From assembly GCA_951406725.2 (NCBI GenBank), contig OX597843.1:7130001-7194000 (forward strand): a stretch of DNA of 64,000 bases, in the 5' to 3' direction. The stretch is from Octopus vulgaris (Eukaryota). Position numbers and translations under genes: made by a program. Each line of letters starts with the position of its first letter. Position 1 is the stretch's first letter. The notes beneath the pieces were generated by a model that had not been told where the DNA came from, did no database searches, and saw only the letters and a program-made list of their open reading frames with translations. Of the stretch, positions 56,173-64,000 are shown in pieces.

Positions 56173-56853
56173 GGTGTTTTAGTTCACGTGTGATCTAAAC
56201 GACTAGGTACGCTAGGAAAGTGCTGTAACAAATTACTAGGTTAAAGGTTTAAGCCGGGTCGGTAGTTATGGAGCCATTGCAGATTTCCGATGCAGCGGAT
56301 ATATAATTATTAAAGAGAACAACAAACGTTAAGTCACCAAATGTATATATGGCTTGAGAGGTTTGCCTTGCTTTAACGTTTGTTGTTCTCTTTAACAATT
56401 AATGAGTGTATATTACTTCTGGCGTTCTGTCTACTCCTCGCAACTGAATAATTGATAATCCGACATATCACCAACATCCACCGTTATAATATGTATGTGT
56501 GTGTGTATGTTTGTGCGTGTGCTTGACAGCCGATGTTGGTGTGTTTACGTCTCCTTAATATAGCGGTTCGGTAAAAGATCGATAGAATAAGTACCAGGCT
56601 TACAAAGAATTAGTCTAAGTCCTGGGGTCGATTACTTCGACTAAACGGCGGTGCTCCAGCATGGACGCAGTCAAAATGACTGAAATGAATTACAAAAAAA
56701 AAGAGTATATAAGTATACATGCACACTTGACCAGTTTCAAAATCATGTTTCGTGGAGCCGTGTCGGAAAGTGTATTTTTTCTCGCCATATTTATAAAAAT
56801 CGTTTGTTGTTACAGAAAGAACGTAGTTCAGAATGCTGTCAGTTAACGCACCG

Positions 56854-56918
56854 ATTGGATTGGTTAAGGAGGGTCACGTGGCGTGGTAAGTGATTTCGTA
56901 CGCTTCTCCGCCATGTTT
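56854..56918. promoter_or_regulatory. Promoter-like motif cluster (2x reverse CCAAT, E-box, YY1-like)
   Basis: ATTGG at 56854 and 56859, GTCACGTGG at 56873-81, CCGCCATGTTT at 56908-18. Motif match only. Confidence 0.3.
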
Positions 56919-56964
56919 CTTGCTCTGACTACTAAATCCATTCAATATATCATTTTATCATTCT

Positions 56965-57955
56965 GGTAGATTTTAGCAACGTCGATTCGTGAGTGTAAAG
57001 TCCCTTGCGAAACTTAAGTGGGCCTTTCTTTTACTGCTGTACAACCCTTATAGTAGTTAGTGCCGTCCCCTTTTTCTTGTCAGCGTTTGTTGCAGGTTTT
57101 AGCAAAGGGTCCTTCCTTTCTTTTCGCTATGTCCCTTTTAAAAAATGTCGTTTGTGATCGTTATTTGCCTTTTAAACATTTATTAATGATTTTAGCAACA
57201 CCATCTTCCAAAAAGGAAAGCTTTCATCCCTTTTTAGCGACTACTCCTTTAAATGCTTGTTACTGGGTTTACCGATAGTCAAGGCCTTGTGCCTAGAATA
57301 GAAAGAAAAATTTAAACGCTATTTTAACGATGTCTCTTCAATTTTAAATATGTATTAGTGATTTTAGGAATACAACTTTAAACATATCTTATCGTAATTT
57401 TAACCGTGTCCCTTCCATTTTAAACGTCCATTAGTGATTTCAGCAACGTTGCCTTCCTTTTAATAGTTTCTTTACTACATCTCTTTCCTATTAAAAGCTT
57501 CTTTCTGATTTTAGCGACCTTTTCTCCGTTGTAAACGTTTATTAGTGATTTTTGTAACACCATCTTCCTAAAAGGAAGGCTTTCATCTGTTTTTAGCGAC
57601 GTCTCTTTACTTCTAAATGCTTCTTACTGTCTTCAGCGGCATTCCCTTTCATTTAAGAGTTTCTCATCGTTATTTTAACGACGTCCCTTCCATTTTAAAC
57701 GTTCATTACTGATTTTAGCATCGACACCTTCCTTTTAATACACTGTATACTCTTTCTAACGACATCTCTGTCATTATAAATGCTTTTTACTGACTTTTTA
57801 CTAACGCTACCCTCAATTTAAAAGTTTATTGGGGATTTTAGCAACACCACCTCTTTACTTCTAAATACGTCTTACTGATTTTTGCGGCGTTCCATTTCAT
57901 TTAAATGTTTCTTATCGTTATTTTGACAACGTCTCTTCCATTTTAAATGTTTATA
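56965..57955. repeat. Degenerate ~42-bp minisatellite, ~1 kb
   Basis: Recurring unit approximately TGATTTTAGCAACGTC.C.TTCCATTTTAAA.GTTT.TTA.; higher-order match between 57188-57265 and 57546-57630. Confidence 0.8.
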
Positions 57956-58153
57956 ACTAATAAAACTATGAAACAGCTGTACAAGATCGGCCTGATTAAA
58001 CATGTAAGTAATAGCACGTATGAGCTATTACCTATGTATTCAATTAGACCAGGCCTTCTAGCATAAGCGAGAAAGTTTTTGCCGTGATAAACTGCAATGA
58101 AATCGCCTTCAGAAGTTGAAATATGTCACAAATATATCTGAAGTAACTTAAAA

Positions 58154-58222
<69 letters not shown>

Positions 58223-58402
58223 TATGCTTCAGTCATTTGACTATGGCCATGCTGGAGCAGCGCCTTTAGTCGAGCAAATCGCCCCCATGATTTATTCTTT
58301 GTAAGCCTAGTACTTATTCTATCGGTCTCTTTTGCCAAATCGCTAAGTTACGGGGACGTAAACACACCAGCATCGGTTGTCAAGCGTAAACAAGCCAACA
58401 CC

Positions 58403-58437
<35 letters not shown>

Positions 58438-58587
58438 TAATATATTATTATTAATATTATTGTTGCATTAAAAATAATTCCTCGTGTTAAATATATAAAT
58501 ACTTTAATAGTATTAATACTTTGATACAATTGAGCACTCAATATAAATTCAGTATATAATATTCTTACTGAATATATTTAACGAAAG

Positions 58588-58668
<81 letters not shown>

Positions 58669-58733
58669 TATATACATACATATATATATATTTATATATT
58701 TATACATACACACACGCACACACATATATGTAT

Positions 58734-58919
58734 ACTTAAAGTAAACAGTAAATGGAGAAATATTGATCAACAACGACTGACTAACATCATTTACTATTTT
58801 TTAATTCAATACAAATATACTGTATCGGTTCAGTCTATTTGTATTGAATTAAAAAATAGTAAATGATGTTAGTCAGTCGTTGTTGATCAATATTTCTCCA
58901 TTTACTGTTTACTTTAAGT
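58734..58919. repeat. Perfect 84-bp inverted repeat with an 18-nt, partly paired loop
   Basis: 58734-58817 is the exact reverse complement of 58836-58919. Confidence 0.95.
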
Positions 58920-59297
58920 TTGATTCCTGACAAACTTATGCAAATCTTTGTCATTACCTGTAATTTATGAGCATAATATGCCTGCATGTGTATGCCCAGA
59001 GTTAACATGGGCAATTATACCGGTAGTATAACAGGTACTTTTATCCCTTAGACGGTTATTCCAACCTCTAACTCTACTAAACTTATATGGAGCAATCTCG
59101 AGTATAACCAGCCGAAATTGCAAAGATAATCTGGAACTCGACTGAAGAAAGAAAACTCCGAATGACCCGTCCTTGTTTTTTTTTTGTATCGTCTATCTGG
59201 ATGTTTTTTTGTCCCTTTCTTATATCACCTAACTGTCTGAATGTTTTGCGTTCTTGTCTCATGTTGTATTTTATGTATGTATATGTATGTATGTATG

Positions 59298-59329
<32 letters not shown>

Positions 59330-59330
<1 letters not shown>

Positions 59331-59880
59331 CAGGTCACTTTCGAGTGCTACTGGTAACATGTAACCCAGTACAACCTGTTGCATGGTCGGGTCGTCGGCG
59401 ACTAAACCGGCAACACCACCAAGCTTACTTGGTGAGGAGGGTGTTTATTGGACACCCTGCGGGATGAAAAACAAAACCCGTCAAAGGGCGGAGGAACTCT
59501 TGAGAGTGAACGGCCATCCAATAAATGTCTTAAGGCTGTATCATGCGCGGGGACATAGAAATAATCGGACTGAATACCCGATCGCGCGGTTAAACCATTG
59601 GGAGTGAAGGACTCCTAGCCTTTGTTAGAGCATCCTTCTAGGAGAAGGTAACTCAGGTAACTGGGATAACTCCAACATAAAACCTGTGGCTCAGTGGTTA
59701 CCGATGATGTTGACTTGTTCTTTTCGGATTATGGCTGCTGTTGCTTAGTGAGTGGGATTGACTCAGTGCACAGCCTTTCCCCACTTTAAAAAAAATCTTC
59801 TTCCGCAGGAATTGCACGATAACAACATTGATTAAGCTTCGTGCAATGGCCATACTTGATAACGAGGGGGCAGCCACCAT
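59330..59880 (+). mobile_element. Non-autonomous RTE-derived element (5' leader joined to 3' end, no ORF)
   Basis: The 5' part is homologous to 41710-41000 (-). The 3' end GCAATGGCCAT..T.GATAACGAGGGGGCAGCCA is homologous to the zinc-finger LINE end at 32535-32580. Lies in (TATG)n. Confidence 0.65.
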
Positions 59881-60367
59881 GTATGTGTAAGTGCTTGCAT
59901 GTTTGTGTTTGTCCTTCCGCCTTCGCTTGACAACCGATGTTGGTGTGTTTACGTCACCGTAACATAGCGGTTCGGCAAAAGAGACCGAGACAATAAGTAC
60001 CAGGCTTATAAAGAATAAGTACTAAGGTCGGTTTGTTCGACTAAAGGCGGTGCTCCAGCATGGCCGCAGTCAAATTGACTGAAACAAAAGAATATATATT
60101 TATATATATATATATGAAATTTTGAATTTAGTTTACGGACTCCCGATAGTACCTTTGTGGGCCACCAGGGGCCCGCGAACTACAGGTTGGGAACCGCTAA
60201 CTCTACCTCATTTAAGCATAAGAGTAGGTGACAACTGCGAAACTCATTTCAAAATGGTTCTCTCGGCTTGCACGTCTGTTGATGACGGCTTCACCGTTCT
60301 ACCTTCGTCTTTTGTTTATTTCCGTAAACCTGCCTTCGTCTTTTGTCTATTTTCATAAAGCTTCCCG

Positions 60368-62565
<2,198 letters not shown>

Positions 62566-63235
62566 TATATTATATATATATATATATATATACACATATA
62601 TATATTGATGTATATATATATATATACATACATATATATATTGATATATATATATATACATATATATATATTGATATATATATATATACACATATATATA
62701 TTGATGTATATATATATATATATACACATATATATATATTGATATATATTGATATATATACATACACATATATATACATATATATATATATATACACACA
62801 CACATATATATATATATATACACGCACATATACATACATGCATATATATATATATATATATGCACGTATATGTGCATGTGTGTATTCAAACGTGTATTTA
62901 TGTACACATGTTGAATAGTATGTGTATATATATTTGTACGTGTGTATGTGTGTGTATGTGTGCACTTGTGCATATGTATCTACTTTTGTGTCAGTGTGGA
63001 CTTGTTCACATGTATCTACATATATATGTATGTATGTGAATGTATGTATATATATATATATACATACACACACACACACATATATATATATACATGCACA
63101 AATCACATTTATACGTGTGTGTGTGATGTGTATGTGTGTGTGTGTATATATACACACTGTATTATATAGATATTATTATATTTATATTATATATATATTA
63201 TATTTGTATATATATATATGTATATATATTATTTG

Positions 63236-63275
<40 letters not shown>

Positions 63276-63443
63276 TGCAAATATTCATACACGCGAATGT
63301 TTAATACATTCTTATACATACTTAAAATGTATACACACGCACACACAAGCACGCATATATTCATATATACGCACGAACATATGCATACACACACACACAC
63401 ACACACACACATAATATTTCTGCCACTTATATGAAGATAAAAA

Positions 63444-63490
<47 letters not shown>

Positions 63491-64000
63491 AATGCACTCA
63501 CACAGGGAGCTGCGTATATAAAAATCTACGCTCGCATGAATATTTATATATGCAACGGGAATGCGCAGTGTTTAAAGACTGCAAGTTCATTGGTTGCACA
63601 GATGCATTTGACATTGTGAAATAGCGACGGCCCCAGGGGGGGAATATGAGGATTGTATTCTGTCGTGACGGTTCATTGGTTAGCAATGGACTCGTCCATT
63701 CAATGCACAAAGAATGGTTTAGCAAAAATCTATCAGAGATTCTTGGTGGCGGTTTTTACTGTAGAAGGCGGTGGCGGTAGTAATGGTAGAGGCGGTGGTT
63801 GTGGAGGTGGAGGTTGTGGTTGTGGAGGTAGTGGTTGTGGTTGTGGTGGTGGTGTTAGTGATTGTAGTGGTGGTAGTGTGTGGTGGTTGTTTTGTTGTTG
63901 TGGATGGTGGTTGTGGTGATGTTGATGATGGCGGTGGTGGCGAAATTCGTGGTGGTGGCGGTGTTGTAGGTTGATACGATAGGCTTTTGTTGTCGTTAGT

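Noticed and set aside
59330-59460. HDV-like or twister ribozyme at the RTE leader
   Set aside because: The required pseudoknot pairings and core motifs could not be assigned by eye; kept only as an unclassified structured leader.
60130-60205. hAT-like terminal sequence (also CAGGGCCG at ~6266)
   Set aside because: Only one end is visible, with no matching TIR or 8-bp TSD.
63745-63975. Gly/Cys-rich ORF at the window end
   Set aside because: A degenerate (GGT/TGT)n tract.

Overview
AT-rich, repeat-saturated animal DNA that is intronic or intergenic. The microsatellite load and the tRNA-derived SINE families are most consistent with an octopod cephalopod genome (inference). No confidently recognisable host gene is present, and almost every ORF in the supplied track is a microsatellite artefact. 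The window contains a TIR-bounded Tc1 element, several mariner remnants, two divergent Helitron-like elements, CR1-like and RTE-like LINE fragments, more than 25 SINE copies from at least four families, and very large (TA)n, (TACA)n and (ATC)n tracts. One RTE-like fragment ends in three C2H2 zinc fingers that the ORF track misses. The main unexplained signal is a dispersed set of short non-coding inserts that end in (TA)n tracts. Many carry long inverted duplications and contain minimal type I hammerhead ribozyme motifs with palindromic stem III: about 8 near-complete and about 4 remnant motifs, from several sequence families. This matches Penelope-like pseudo-LTR or retrozyme-like elements that target microsatellites, although no Penelope RT was found in the window. 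All structures were parsed by eye, and repeat boundaries are approximate.
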